DNA of 62,498 nucleotides, filler included, from Choristocarpus tenellus KU-1152 (taxonomy: Eukaryota > Protista > Phaeophyceae): the NCBI GenBank assembly GCA_964200185.2. It is 9 parts of 9 records of this genome, joined end to end, with 100 filler letters (N's around TTAATTAATTAA, not from the genome) between each part and the next. Parts side by side here need not be neighbours in the genome. Positions count along the whole stretch, not along the records: positions 33,542 to 53,757 come from CAXNAD020000412.1; positions 53,858 to 56,907 come from CAXNAD020022688.1; positions 57,008 to 62,498 come from CAXNAD020010622.1; 6 more parts are not named here. The stretch is one strand, 5' to 3'. Made by a program: the position numbers and the translations under genes. The notes beneath the pieces were generated by a model. The model saw only the letters and a program-made list of their open reading frames with translations, was not told where the DNA came from and searched no databases. Of the stretch, positions 48,750-61,580 are shown piece after piece (position 1 is the stretch's first letter; each line of letters starts with the position of its first letter).

Positions 48750-50905
48750 TGGTGTATAGCACCCATGCATCATTCAATCAGATAATTAACAAACACGAAA
48801 AGCCTTAACAAACCAATACCAAGAATAGAAACGGCCAAGGCAAATGCTAACTAATCTAATCAATTTTTGCCTCTCACCATACCACATCACATTGAACTTA
48901 GTATAGTCCGATCCTAACCTTGAACCCTACCCCCCTAACCCCTCTATTATATTTCTGACACTCATCAAGAAGTCTCTGAAATTGCACCGCTTTCCGATCT
49001 TTTACAAACATCCGATACACTGCACTCTGAGTACACATTCATCCGATATTCCCCCCCTATTACTACACATATCACTTTTTCTAGCTAGTTTCATTGCCTA
49101 ACCTGCTGCTTGGCTTCTCTCAAGCTGTTGGTTGCATCAGTCAAGCGCATCCTTCGAAGCCCTTCAATCTCATACAAGAGCTGAGCCACCTATACAATAC
49201 ATACAAACATATACATTTCACCATTAAAAAAAGCAATACAATTAATTATCAGAAAAATGACACTACTCTACAACAGTGTTGAGAAGATAAAAATAGTCGT
49301 GGTCTAGACATCGGTGTTAAACAGGGCTCCAAAAAGCAGTGGGCCGCTGATCCTGCCAAGGAATCAGAGATTGCTGCTGTCTAAATGTGTGAGATGTTGG
49401 TGGATCAACATATGGTGTAAAAGGAAAGGTATATGAGGTATGTATGTAAACTGATTGTATAGACTAAACCTTTCATTGCCACCAACCAAACTACAACCCT
49501 ATTTTCACCCCCGTCAAAGGCGTAGGTGCCAATAGGCGAGCGTCGACTCATGACATCTATTTGTATACCCTATATATCTATACACATCCAGGGTGTGGAC
49601 TACCTAAAAAAAACGAAGGATAGGGCTGAGGTAAACTACCCAGAATAAAAATTGCGCACAAAGGTACCTGCAGATACCAACATGTATATGATGGGTTTTG
49701 GCATGCAAATCCCACAATGTTACATACCTACTAGTGCGCATCTATATCAACAACAGTATATAGGGTTAAATTTAGGTTTGGGCTATGTGTAATGTCCTTT
49801 GTCTAAGGTTGCACTCCATACATCAAAATACACAAACATCAAGCTCTCTCAAGAGCTACTCTCTGATGCCAAAAAAGTTGATGAACATTGGGGGTGGTGT
49901 TGGGGTTGGGAAATGGGGTTGGTAGACTATCAGTTGGAGGACTAGTGCGGAGATGGAGTAGGGACCTTTATTGAGGGTTATGGGCCAAGACCAATAGTGA
50001 TAGTAGTTGATACCAAAGGGCACTTGGTCCATCAGCCTGTCCTATCCTATGACTCTGGCAGTTGGCAAATTGGTCAGTCGAGGCATTGTTGTAAGAAAGA
50101 ATAAAATGACCTTAACAGAAAAAAAGCCTACCGGTCTGAGCTGTGCCCTATATAAAATGAGTTCCCACATAATGAGCCGTACTTGTAGGAAAGGAGAACA
50201 TTCACCTTTAATCCCATATATAAAATATTACAAGGGAGGAATTATAACAAACGATTGTGTAACATCTATCTTTAATCCCACACATACAATATTACAAGGG
50301 AAAAATTATTTTTTTAAATATTAACATCTATCTTTAATCCCACACATACAATACTACAAGGGAAAAACTATTTTAAAACTTTTATCAACATCTATCTTTA
50401 ATCCCATACATACAATATTACAAGGGTAACTAATTTTTAAAAATATATATATTGAGTTCTACTTGAATGGTTTACTAAATGGTTTCTTTCATGTACCACG
50501 TGCACGTAACAGCACCAAGAAGTATGAGTATGCATGCGGAATACACGAGCAAGCATTAATCCCAAGCAACTTCCACTTTTCCTACTCTTACTTACGCAAC
50601 CGAATACGCCGAGTTAAGAACTTAAATATTTTTTTACCATCGGGCGCCCTCCACCTCGTCCTTTCATCTCCTACAATCTCATATATAGATGTCCTTTTTT
50701 TCATAGCACTACAGAGCAGCCTAGAGCAGTGTAGTACAATAGTGCCAAAAAAAAAAAACAGCATCTCCCCCCCACCCACCCCATACCCACCCCAATAATA
50801 GATTCTCACCTTGTCCTCCAGCAGCTCCAGGTACTGCTTTTTTCTCCTTCGGGATTGCCTGGCACTCTCCCGATTCCTGGCAAGGCGTTTCTGCCTCCGT
50901 TCATC
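41118..50905 (-). CDS. bZIP transcription factor (5' exons not located)
   Basis: In-phase GT-AG exons: 50905-50810 (DERRQKRLARNRESARQSRRRKKQYLELLEDK), 49189-49103 (VAQLLYEIEGLRR..., zipper), 45895-44780, 44236-43814, 43570-43397, 42641-42028 and 41319-41118 (stop). Confidence 0.88.
46200..47750 (-). pseudogene. Possible decayed gypsy pol fragments in bZIP intron
   Basis: MAKHWALYLATLMHEIACEHGIG loosely resembles the RNase H tail RLARWALxLxEFDxxIxHxxG. Heavily degenerate. Confidence 0.3.
48478..48520. repeat. (ACT)n microsatellite
   Basis: Near-perfect trinucleotide run. Confidence 0.9.
50197..50446 (+). repeat. 62-64-bp tandem repeat x4 in bZIP intron
   Basis: A 40-bp core, AACATCTATCTTTAATCCCACACATACAATATTACAAGGG, at 50197 (diverged), 50261, 50323 and 50387, with AT-rich linkers. 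Confidence 0.9.
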
Positions 50906-53900
50906 CTGTAACAGCAAGGATTGGTTAGAACCACAACTACACGAGAAGAAAGTTCCCAAGTTGGCAGTTTCCTCTACAGCTGGCTGGGACAGACTTGAGC
51001 TGGGGGGAAAAGGGATGTGGTTGGGGGGCGGGGGAATACAGGACCAAAGTACTCTAAACAAACTTCATCGTCCCAACCCCTACGCCTAAGCTAATGTTCT
51101 ATTACAACAGAAGCTCTTGTTCCCCGGCCCCCGATTCTTACATGCCCAGAAATTGGGGATGTACAGCACACAAAATCATATCACAAGAGTAAAGCAATGG
51201 TAAGCCACCTTGTTCCAAAGGTTTGCCATGTGATGTCTCAAGTCACGAGTTTAAAAAAAGATTGCCATAAATAACCCTCGCAGTTGACTCTTTCGGGGTG
51301 GAGCAGAAAAAAAAAGAAAAATATTTAAACACAAACGTTTGCGCACTGAATGTCGAGAAAACTGACCAGGGCCATAGCCACACTGTACAGCCACTGGGAG
51401 CGAGGCTCAACATTTGTGTCCGTGCAGTTGATCCCTGAAGTTGCTTACCTGGTCTTCACCTTGAGAAGTAGGACGTACCATCAGACTGTGAACATGTCCA
51501 GAACAAAATCTTATACTGTGGGGTATTGGTTCTGAAACTTGATCGAGTATTGCAAGCGGTTTTGCACCCGCATTATCAACCAAATACAATACTGAATAAT
51601 CGAAGTTCAAAACTAAGGGCAATTAGAAAACAAATTGTTGCACAAAAAGTTACAGCGCGAGCCTCTACAACATCGGAATGCAATTAAGGTATTTAAACGC
51701 AATACAACCTCTAAATCTGATACAAGATAAGCACTGCGTTACCGCCCGTGCCAACTTCAAACAAAAGAAAATAAACTCTTCAGAATTTTGCCACAAAGGT
51801 GACTCCTACCACCTTAGACAGCTTTGTCTTTTGGGGGTGCGAGGTTACATAGGTCTAGGGTGTACCTACAGGAGAGAGGACTTGGGGCAGGTGGGAGGGC
51901 TGAAGGCATAACGAAAGTCTACCCAGTCACAAGTAGACCATTGCACTCACAATGACCTCACATATGTAGACAAAGGCTACAAACACCGGGGCTTGCCTGT
52001 ACACCGGGTGTGCCCTCCCCAGTAAGCAATGAGTTGGGGCCCAGTCCGCCTAGGAGGGGAGGCATATGGGCCAAGAGGTTCGGTGGCACCTGGTACTGGG
52101 GCAACTATATTTTGTACAAAAATAAACAAGGAAGAGGGAGAGGGAGAATTGTTCGGGAGGGTGGAAGGCAAAAAAAAAAACAGATTAGTGGCCCCATTTC
52201 TCTAAATGCCGTGCTGGAACAAGATTTTAAAAAAAAAACGAAATGTGCTTTGCCGCAACGAAAATGGGTGATTGGATACAAGGCCTATTAAAAAAAACAA
52301 CCATTAAAAAAAAAAATGAGCGAGATTCAGAAGGAGTCGTGCACGGCGAGACCAACGATGAGAAACAAAAAAATAGGAAGGGGTGGGATAGGGGACCCTC
52401 CTGGAAAAGCATGTCCTCTTCATTATTCCGCACTACCTCCTATCATATGCTCGGAGTACTGTACAAGCAGGGTTTTACTAACCAAACTCTCGCTCTCTTG
52501 CGTTTGTATGCAATATTGATGGTAAGAATAGTATTGATAAACAAAACGAAAATAAATAAATAAATAAATATTGCAATATTTTTGTGCAACATTGATGGAA
52601 CAAACGAGCAATGAAACTCTCAACAACAAAAATAAATTAATAAATGAAGCAGTACAGCAAACACACGAGGCACACTTCGGGAAGGAAAGAGGTAGTAAGA
52701 CCAAATGAATTGATCATCCCCTCACAAACCAACCCTCCGTTGCACATCAGCATTCTAACTAAAAAACGTTTCGCCACACACCTGCACTTACTACGACAAG
52801 AGGCTAAAGATCACCACATCCATGGAGGCCTAGGATAGGACCACATGGAAAAAGGGGCTGTTGAGGGCATCAGAACAAAGCACATAAGCCAGCCAGATGC
52901 ACCACCCTTGAATAACTCGTTCTTTGACATGCATGGCAACAATCAAGACCCTTCTAATGTACACGAACGAACTCATATAGCCAGGATACTAAACATTGCA
53001 CCCCCGTAGCTTTTCCCATACCCCAGGGGCACCCCTCGTGACTGGTAGCCACCTGGGAAAAATATGGAATGAGTCCATTCATGAGGGTAGATGTATGCTC
53101 CACGATGCTTGGTGGAAGCCGGAGAAGGTAAGTTTTTTTTTTTTCACATACTTAGTACATAAAATGCCAATGATAGGGAGGGTATGAGGTAGGAGGGTTT
53201 GGAGACGAGAAGAGGCGTACTGAAGTACAGTGGTAGTCATTGTCATAGTGCCAGCCGTACAGAAACAATGCACCACCAACAAGAGCAGAAAAGGTCTTGT
53301 GAGATGAAAAGCTAGGATCACAGAAAAAAAAAGAAATGCTACAAGAAAGGGAGCAAAAATAGAACACATCGATATATGCGGGAAGGAGAAGGGATCTTAG
53401 CCCCTCTTCACACGCCCCGCCCCTCCCCCTGGTACTAAAACCAGCTCAAACAATTTTGCTTTCAGGAGGAGCAAACAAAAGCAGTCGGTGTTATGCTGCT
53501 AAGCAACAACACAACAGCACAACCCAATAGGGAAGGGTGAGGGAGAACTTTCCACTTTCTCACCCCCCTGCATCATGCATCCACCGACTACCTCCATGAG
53601 AAGAGGCAGATGGCATGTTTACCACACAGAAAAGGAGAGGAGTGGAGGTAGGAAGCAGATAGGGCGGAAAATTCTCATATGAATGCATGGAAAAAAATAT
53701 TCTTGTCACTTACCCCCACCCCTCCTCCCCCACCCATGCCTAGCATAAGTGGGAAGCNNNNNNNNNNNNNNNNNNNNNNNNNNNNNNNNNNNNNNNNNNN
53801 NTTAATTAATTAANNNNNNNNNNNNNNNNNNNNNNNNNNNNNNNNNNNNNNNNNNNNACCCCTCTTCTCCCCCCCCCTTTACCCTCCCCTCTTCAATGTA

Positions 53901-54347
53901 TGGGATGATAAGGTCTATTAAACAGGAGGTCAAGACATGGGCTGAGCGGAGAATGAAGAGGCAGGGACTGGTACCTACTGTGGGACAGAGGCGTGGCAAG
54001 ATTGTGGAGGTTTGACTTTTTAGGAAAAGTGTAATTGTTGTTTTATGTGTGAATTTATTTATTCGAACATATTTTTAATTGATTTTCTCGTTTTATTCTT
54101 TTTTATTATTTTATTTATTTTGGTATGGTTTCGTGCGATATTTTTGGTATTTGATGTATTGTTTACTTTTGATAATTTTGACACTGTTGATACGTATACA
54201 TATGTATGTAAGATGTAATAGTAATAATAATAATAATAATATTGCAAAAAGCGATTGTGTTGATATAGTGTTGAAGCTCTTTAGGCGTCGCCGTGTGGTG
54301 TGTTTTGTCTGTACTGCACATCCTGTCACCTAGGCGATAACAAAGGT

Positions 54348-54357
54348 ATAATAATAA

Positions 54358-54396
<39 letters not shown>

Positions 54397-54423
54397 TGGT
54401 AGTGGTAGTGGTAATAATAATAA
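54348..54423. repeat. Compound (TAA)/(TAG)/(TGGTAG) microsatellite
   Basis: Direct observation. Confidence 0.9.
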
Positions 54424-54754
54424 ATTGTTTCATAGTGCACAGGATGGCGTTTATGCTGTGAATTTGATCCCTGTACCTGTGATGTTGAATGAAATGTATG
54501 TAGTGTAAAAGTGTACTGGATGCCAAGAAGTTGAAGACGGCAGCAATATGTAAGGAGGCGTTGTGCCTTTCCGATGACATTGGACATCTGTATTCATTCA
54601 GAGGATTCTACACTTGATCCATCAACACCTTTGGGGTTCAGACTCTGATTTTTTTCTGAACTTGTTTCCTTTCCCTCCCTCCCCCCCCCCCCCCCCCCCC
54701 CTACCCCCCCCCATTGGTTTTTTGGCCTGGAAGGGGGGGGGGGGGGAGGCGCAG

Positions 54755-56703
54755 ATGCTTGAAGAGCTGGAGGGCAATGTGTCTGACCTTCAAGGAGCAA
54801 AGGGGACCATCAGGGTGTTGTTCAGCAGCCTTGTGGCGGCAAGGAGGTCTCAGAAGCAGAAGGCGGGGGTGGTCAAGGGGCTGCAGGTAATGGGGGGGGA
54901 GGGGAGGTGAAGAGCTGCATTTTTTTGTTTGAGGGGGGTGGGGTTGGTTGGTTGGAGCAATGTATCTCTATATATCTACATATGAGTTGTAGATTCAGAG
55001 AGTTGTGGTTGGGTTTGAATTGAGGGGTGTTTTTTTATTGTTTTGATGTTTATTGTGCGAATGATCAGTGAGCTTATTGATATGTTTAATGGAATATATA
55101 TATATATATTTATTTTTTGTCACCCAGCTGATTGTACTAAATTGTACTCATGAGTCCGAAATGTTTTGACTCACAACGCTAAATGGGCAGATGGTGTGAT
55201 TTGTGGTTGGGGGTTATGGTTAGGGCTAGGGTTTGGTGGGAGTTGAGAGTTGGGAGTTGCAGTTCCTTTGGAAGGCGAGGCTGTGCTTGAATGTGGAGGA
55301 GTTGCCACAGAAGGTTGTAAAATATTTACTTGTTCTTATTTTTTTCCTGAAATTGTTCTTTATTCCGTTGTTCAATCCTGCCAGTATCCTGCTGTGGTAG
55401 TGATGGCTTTTGCCCAGAATTATCACCGGAGACTTATTTTTATCAGGATAGAGGCAACACTGTAGTTTTAAGTGAGGGCAGTGTGTGCTGGAGAATGCCT
55501 TGGTGGGGTTTGCAGACCTCGTTGGCGGCGCTGATTTTTTGAAATTTTTTGAACCGCTGGTGTGTGTCGTGGCTTAAGAACCTTATCCCCATCCTTTCTC
55601 CAGTCGTAATAACAACAGTAATGGATGATATTTTCATGGTTTGCTCGTGTCTTTCTTTTTTTCGAGGACCGATAACTTCCTGCACATAAGCACATACATA
55701 TATGCACATTTACACATATGATATACATACCCTATCCTTTCCTGTCACAAACAGCGCGACTCCAGGGTAGTGGTGGAAGGCCTTGCGGTTGTCCTCCTTT
55801 TGTTCTGAATATTAATGTACCATAATAGAGAGAGTGCACAATCAAAGATCGTCCCTAGGTCCTCGGTCGGGGGCTATAAATATTTTGAATGTATTTTGGC
55901 ACAATACTGTTTTTGACTTACTTTAAGTTGACTGCTCGCTCTTTTCCTGTGTTCTCACTTCCTTTCCTAACCCCCCCGGCCCCCTACCCCTACCCCTACC
56001 CCTACCCCTACCCCTGCCTTTTGTTTTCTGCGTTGTGTTCTCGATGGCGGCGTTGTTCTAGGAACGTCTTGATCAAGCCACGTCCGGGCTGGAGGAGGCA
56101 CAACAGAGGGCCAGGGCTGAGCAGCGTAGCTTTGATCGCCGGTTAACCCACATGTCTTCTGAATATGAAAGGAAGATCAATGGGCTTATCAATCACACGG
56201 AGATGAGCAATCTGCTTCAAGCCGCAATCTCGAATCAGGGCGGTCAAGGTGATCCGGGTGGGCTACAGAGCGATGTGGGAGGGCCACAGGGCGAGAGTGT
56301 TGGGTCTGGGGCTGGGGTCGTGGGGGGGGTAGGCGCAGCGGAAGTGGAATGTGAAGAGCTGGGTGATGCGCTGGATGGCGAGAGGGTGGGGGAGGTGGTT
56401 GTTGGTGAGGGACTGGACAGGCGTCCTATTGGAGCTAGCCCAGAAATGCGTGTGTCTGCTCCTGAAAGTGGGAGTGGGGCGAGGGGGGAAGGGGATGGAA
56501 GTGGATTAGGGCAGTGGAACCAACGGAACGGGAGTGAGAGGGGGGGAGGGAAGGGGTGGGTGGGTGGGAGTAGTCAGATAGTGGGGCGGTATGAGATGCT
56601 TCTTCGTCTTAGTAATGAGAGGAGTACAGCTCTCAAGAACGTGGTAAGGAGGCTTGAGGCGCAGGTTGCGGAAGCTGACAATCGTCTAGGGGATGCTAAT
56701 GAG
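54755..56703 (+). CDS. Coiled-coil protein, two internal exons; possibly kinesin-4 (KIF4/KIF21-like) stalk
   Basis: Phase-0 exons 54755-54886 (VSDLQGAKGTIRVLFSSLVAAR) and 56062-56703 (EEAQQRARAEQRSFDRRLTHMSSEYERKINGLI...). The heptad pattern is clear. The kinesin-4 call rests on recalled similarity only. Confidence 0.6.
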
Positions 56704-57007
56704 GTGGGGAATGGGTGTGGACATGTGTGTGTCTTGGAAGGCGATGGTATTGATGCAAGGCCGTGTTTAGTAGATGTGTTTGTAGTTTTTTGGAACGCGT
56801 GTCATCTGTTTTGGGCGGAGGGTCCCCTTGTGGTTGATGATGATGGTTGTTATGTTGGCTACCGTTTGAGAAGGGGTACCATGCTCTACAGCAGATGAGG
56901 TGGGGGGNNNNNNNNNNNNNNNNNNNNNNNNNNNNNNNNNNNNNNNNNNNNTTAATTAATTAANNNNNNNNNNNNNNNNNNNNNNNNNNNNNNNNNNNNN
57001 NNNNNNN

Positions 57008-57045
57008 AATGGACAGCCGCCACCCCCTCCCAGATACTTTGAGCC
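57008..57045. mobile_element. MITE family A terminus at contig start
   Basis: AATGGACAGCCGCCACCCCCTCCCAGATACTTTGAGCC, near-identical to 13772-13809. Confidence 0.85.
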
Positions 57046-57123
57046 CTATTATTACGTGCTTGTCACGGTATTCGGCACAGCGGTTTGGTGTAGCGTGACG
57101 GGACTGTGGGCTTGGTGTATCAG

Positions 57124-57267
57124 GTGCACAAGTCCATCTTCTTTTCCACAGGACCTTCCAGTGAATACACCCATTGGAAGCAGACTGCGTTCTATCTCGG
57201 GGAGCCCATCATCATCTCCAACGGAGAGGTCGTACAGGGAAAGATCACTGTTGCTCCAAATAGTAAG
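57124..57267 (+). CDS. Type I protein arginine methyltransferase (PRMT1/3-like), THW-loop exon
   Basis: CAG|VHKSIFFSTGPSSEYTHWKQTAFYLGEPIIISNGEVVQGKITVAPNSK|GTAAGG. FSTGP...THWKQT is the PRMT signature. Confidence 0.88.
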
Positions 57268-58232
57268 GTAAGGCATGTAAATTGCATATGGTGTAAGCGC
57301 CTTGGACTGGGGGTCAAGGTTTAAATAAAAGAGGGGCTTGTTTTTGGGGTGCGGCCGCTGACTACATACAGCTGGTCTGATGTGGATTGGAAGTTTTCTT
57401 CTTTCCGTTGAGTTGGAAATGTACGGGTGGTGAACGGTATGAGGTGGTGCATTTACCTCCGAATTGTGTAATTGCATTCTACCTATACTGTGATCATTAT
57501 TTTTCTTGGATTATAGTGTGCCTATGAGTGAGCTGAAATGCTAACATTAACCCTATTTATGACACTGTTGCGTTTGTAGTTTTTTTTCACTGGTATGAAG
57601 AAGTTATATGCTTCATGTATGGAGTATGAAGTATGAATTGAGTATTTTTTGTAGTGTCGAACTTGTGTCTGTACCTTGTTTGTGTAACTCCCAATACAAA
57701 CATGATCAATTTCAGGTTTGTGACGGGAAAGTGATGTTGACGTGTGGTTGCTGCTGTTGCATGGTATAAGTTGTAGACGTTTTTAGTACAAGGGAGATGA
57801 AATGTAAGGAAAAGAAAAATATCGATTGGCTGTTAGATGCTTTTGATTGATTTTGGAACTGAATTCAAAACGCATCCCAGGGTAGTGGCAAGCTTTGATT
57901 GTTATAGCAGTGAGCTTGTTCCAAACGAGCTATGTGTGGGTTACGGTCTGGTGACAAACAATCTGAGATTCCATTGTGTCAAATTTGCACTTGATCTTAT
58001 TGAGTTTCGGTATAATCTTGGGAGACAGGCTTGGACTTGCTCCTGTGATGTTTAGGAAGGGACTAAGAGTTGGGCATATGGCTATTAGGTTTTGTAACTG
58101 TTGCTCAAATCAGTATATATATGTATATATATAGAGAGAGAGAGATGTAGATGTATGTTCGAGGTGAAAGTTGAGGCTAATGTCCACCTATCTGATCGTG
58201 GCGGTAGATTGTGCTGGTGGACAATCAGATTT

Positions 58233-58235
<3 letters not shown>

Positions 58236-58271
<36 letters not shown>
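58236..58271. repeat. (TG)n microsatellite
   Basis: Perfect TG run. Confidence 0.95.
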
Positions 58272-58275
<4 letters not shown>

Positions 58276-58296
58276 GGGTGTGTCCCTGTTTGATAT

Positions 58297-58555
58297 GAGT
58301 GAAAGTACCTTAGAGGTTACGAATTTTGCCCTGTTTGTCCGATTGGGGATTGGCTTCCCACTGTTTTTATAATGACATTTCCTACTCCAAAATTTTGTAG
58401 AGTAGGTAAAATGTGTACGTTATGACAAGGTGCGTGGAGAACAAGAATATTGAGGCTTCCTAACAAACACGATAGCCAATATTTGAATCAAAATCGCAAA
58501 ATTGGAATTTGGCCCCCAATCGGACACGGCTCTACCCTCTACGATACTTTGACTC
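58297..58555. mobile_element. MITE family B, complete (259 bp)
   Basis: GAGTGAAAGTACCTTAGAGGTTAC ... TACCCTCTACGATACTTTGACTC. Flanks are ...AT and AT... Confidence 0.9.
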
Positions 58556-58895
58556 ATGTAAGTGGGAAGATGAACAGTGACTGATACTTTAGGGTTGTGC
58601 GTTGGGAAACCCGTCCTGGGAGAGAGTCCATGCTCGGGGGCATTTTGTGTGTGTAGGTAGTATAGGGATGGTTTTAAGGCAATGCAGGAGTGGAGAAATA
58701 CAAAATATAGTGTCAGGATGGCCTTGAGGTATCTTCAAGTATTGTGGGGTACAAGGCAGGAGAAGAGCAGAGCATCTCAGATATAGATAGTTGGGCATGC
58801 TGCTTCGAGTCAGAATTTGAAATTTTCATCTTCCCAGAATGCTACTGTGTGGAGTTGACCTTGAAGACCCTGTCATTGGTTCGTGCCTGAGTCGA

Positions 58896-58952
58896 TGGAG
58901 TATTGGAGTATTGGAGTATTGGAGTATTGAAGTATTGAAGTGTTGAAGTGTT
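58896..58952 (+). repeat. 8-bp tandem repeat (TGGAGTAT) x about 7 with polar drift to TGAAGTGT
   Basis: Direct observation. Confidence 0.85.
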
Positions 58953-59299
58953 TTGTGCTCATGCGGTCACTAGAACGAGGTGTCTTTCACGTCTCTGAAG
59001 GTGTGCCACACTTCCGTTCACCTGTTCTCATATTCCTCTTCTTGGTCTAAGGGATCCTCTAGATCTTCTTCGTCTCTTCTAACCCTAATAGAATCTTATG
59101 CTCAATCCTACCGGGAGTAGGGCGGGGGCGATTATCCCCCGTCAACGCCTTGTACTGTGTACAGTCTGGCTTGTAGTGCACGTGATCTACCCAAGATGAA
59201 GTTGATAGGCTGAAATTAAGGTGGTCTCAGGAGTCTAATCGAATCGAATCCCTCCATCTCTGCCAAGGACCTCACCCTATCCTACAGGTTCTGAGCAGG

Positions 59300-60700
59300 A
59301 TGACCTTAAGAGTTATCTGTGGTGGCTACAGCGACCTCTTTCACAACAACTCACACCATCCTTCAAGCGAACATGATTCAACGGTCCTTGAAGGGGAATC
59401 CCGAACTTCCAGGTCATTCCAACTCCCTCAACAGAAAGCGTTTGCACCCCATACTTCTGCAAGGGGCTGACATTGTGGATCTTTGTGTTAAGGCTCAGTT
59501 TTATTGGCTTTCCTGTCGTAGATACGGTGGTACGAGGCATTGATAGGCACTGGTATCGGTGACGTCTTCTTCCCAGGGGAAGATAAATATTGAAACTTAG
59601 CAGCAAGGTGTCGTAAGTAAGGCTGACCCAGAAGCGAATGCATCGTCTATCGATTCATGGAAATCACCTCTCTCTGGCAGACTTAGCAGCTCATAGCAAC
59701 TCGGTATTTCACACCGTGATAAGACTTTTGTTAGTATTATTCTTACTGTTAATTATACTGTAGTAGTGTATGTATTCTTAACCTTATTGTCGCCCGTTCT
59801 TCTCCCTCTTGTGTCTCCTCTGAAACCCCCTCCACAATCCGAAGATTATTCTCAATGAGCATGGTCAATGGGTCTCTCGCTCTTGGTGATGTCATTGACG
59901 ACCTTTCCCCGTTGTGCTTCCCATGCCTCTGTCAACTAGTCCTTTCTCGTCGCGCTTTTGATGTATGAACAAGCTCAACCATGTGATGGTGAATAGATAT
60001 ATTTTCCCTTTGCCTTTTTCGTCAAGTCCAGAGGTGTACTCCATCAAAATGCGATGAATGCAGCCCTTCCTCACCCTTGGTGTTTGAGGTGGAATCTTGA
60101 TTGTCTCTTGAAGATGTTGTTCAGGACCCGGTCTGACAGGGTAGGGTGAAACATGCGCTCGATTCAATCCAGTCCAGAAGATATTGCCTGAAACACCTGT
60201 AGTTCTTCGTGATCCTGTAATGTAAGATGTGAACCTTCAGTAGAACAAGCTGTACAGGTGTGAGCTTCCTATGTTTTTCCTCGCCTTTTTTTTGCCTTTC
60301 TCCTCCTCTCAGCAAAGCAACCCCGTTAAATGCTAAAACGTCTTCATTCGAACCATTGACGATAGTTCTAACCTTCAACTGCCCAATGGATATCAGAGGG
60401 ATGCAAGAGCAACAGCCTGAAACTAGCTGCTGCAGGCATACACCTATGAAGATCCAGTACAGGATAAGCAGTAGGTGGCTCATTCACGTGGGCCAACAGC
60501 ACCCTTCTTCAGCTTGAGGCCGCCAAGGGCACCCGAGGCCTCCTCCCTGGGCTCCCACTCTTCATCCTTCTCAGTCATCTTCAGCTTCAACCCCTTCTTC
60601 TAGGAGAGCGCATTGTAGCTTCCGTCTTGTCTTGATTCAAACCAATCCTCCAACTCCCTGATCATTGCAATCACTCGCTTGTCCACCCTTTTTCGCTCCT
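59300..60700 (-). pseudogene. Possible decayed gypsy element (integrase tail / chromodomain-like end)
   Basis: KLSLNTKIHNVSPL resembles YxLxLPxxxKIHNVFHVSxL. Upstream frames are interrupted by many stops. Confidence 0.35.
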
Positions 60701-61399
60701 TAGAGGTGACTACAAATCGGCTGGTGGGGAAACCCTCTGAGAGACCATTTTACGAAAATCCAGTGGGGGATGACATACACACTCTGAGCGACATTGAATA
60801 GAGGCAAAGTACAAATTACTATGTAGTACCACATAGCTGATAGAAGAATACATCATTTTCTCAAATGCCATCCAGTCGAAATTACTCCGAGCCCGAATAC
60901 AAAAATCCGTCAAGGATGTATGGCCCCAAAAACAAAGGGGCATCACAATGACAAAAGAATACATAGATGAATAGTCCACAAGTACAAATATATGGAATCT
61001 AGGACTTCAAGGTCATAGTGGCGTTTATGAAACCGCCATCAAGACATATCGCCTGTGGCTCCACCTTCTGACGCAAATCTGGTGCGTACTCCCTCCATGC
61101 TCAATGGTGATCTAAATCTACCCACCACCATCCAGATTCTTACATGCTTCCATCTTTTACATGATATTACACCCTCTGACATTTTGCAGATGTATCAGGA
61201 AAAGGTCAAACCAATGTAAAGGTAACAGTTGTCGTAAATGTGAAAAATATCTCTGTAAATTCTATTTTCTATTTTGGGTACCACCAGTTATGCTGCGACA
61301 CTCCTTTAAGAGCTCGCAATTACAATGTCATGTGTACAGTGATGACATGCCTCCGCATATATAGTCAAGGTACAGTTGTACCTTCCCAATGCACTTGTC

Positions 61400-61580
61400 A
61401 TTGTGTGGTCGATGGAAGTCGAATCGATTTGTAAAGATCTGACTTTCGCAACCGGAGTTCGATCCCAGGCACTCCCTCCTCGGTCAGAATGTGGAGTACA
61501 ACAACCTGAGGTAGGTCAATCTATGGCCAGCCACCTTATGGCTTTTTCGATCACGAGTGAAGTGTGGGATACCTCAGACT
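61400..61580 (+). mobile_element. tRNA-derived SINE candidate
   Basis: A-box-like TGGTCGATGG (61406-61415) and B-box GTTCGATCC (61457-61465) at Pol III type-2 spacing. No complete cloverleaf. Confidence 0.4.

Noticed and set aside
50197-50446. 40-bp core plus linkers as a CRISPR array
   Set aside because: The linkers are homologous AT-rich variants, the location is intronic, and there are no cas genes.
50810-50905. Aureochrome call for the bZIP gene
   Set aside because: No LOV domain (NCRFLQ motif) follows the bZIP in the downstream exons.
48913-55990. Telomere-like CCTAAC/TTAGGG/CCCTAC snippets (about 48913, 49763, 55210, 55981)
   Set aside because: They are short, degenerate and internal, consistent with low-complexity intron tracts rather than telomeres.
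8195-57007. Recurrent TTAATTAATTAA palindrome within N runs
   Set aside because: It is an artificial six-frame-stop linker. Adjacency of genes across linkers has no biological meaning, so no gene cluster or operon can be inferred.
61400-61480. Functional tRNA gene
   Set aside because: A B-box is present, but no convincing acceptor or anticodon stems were found.
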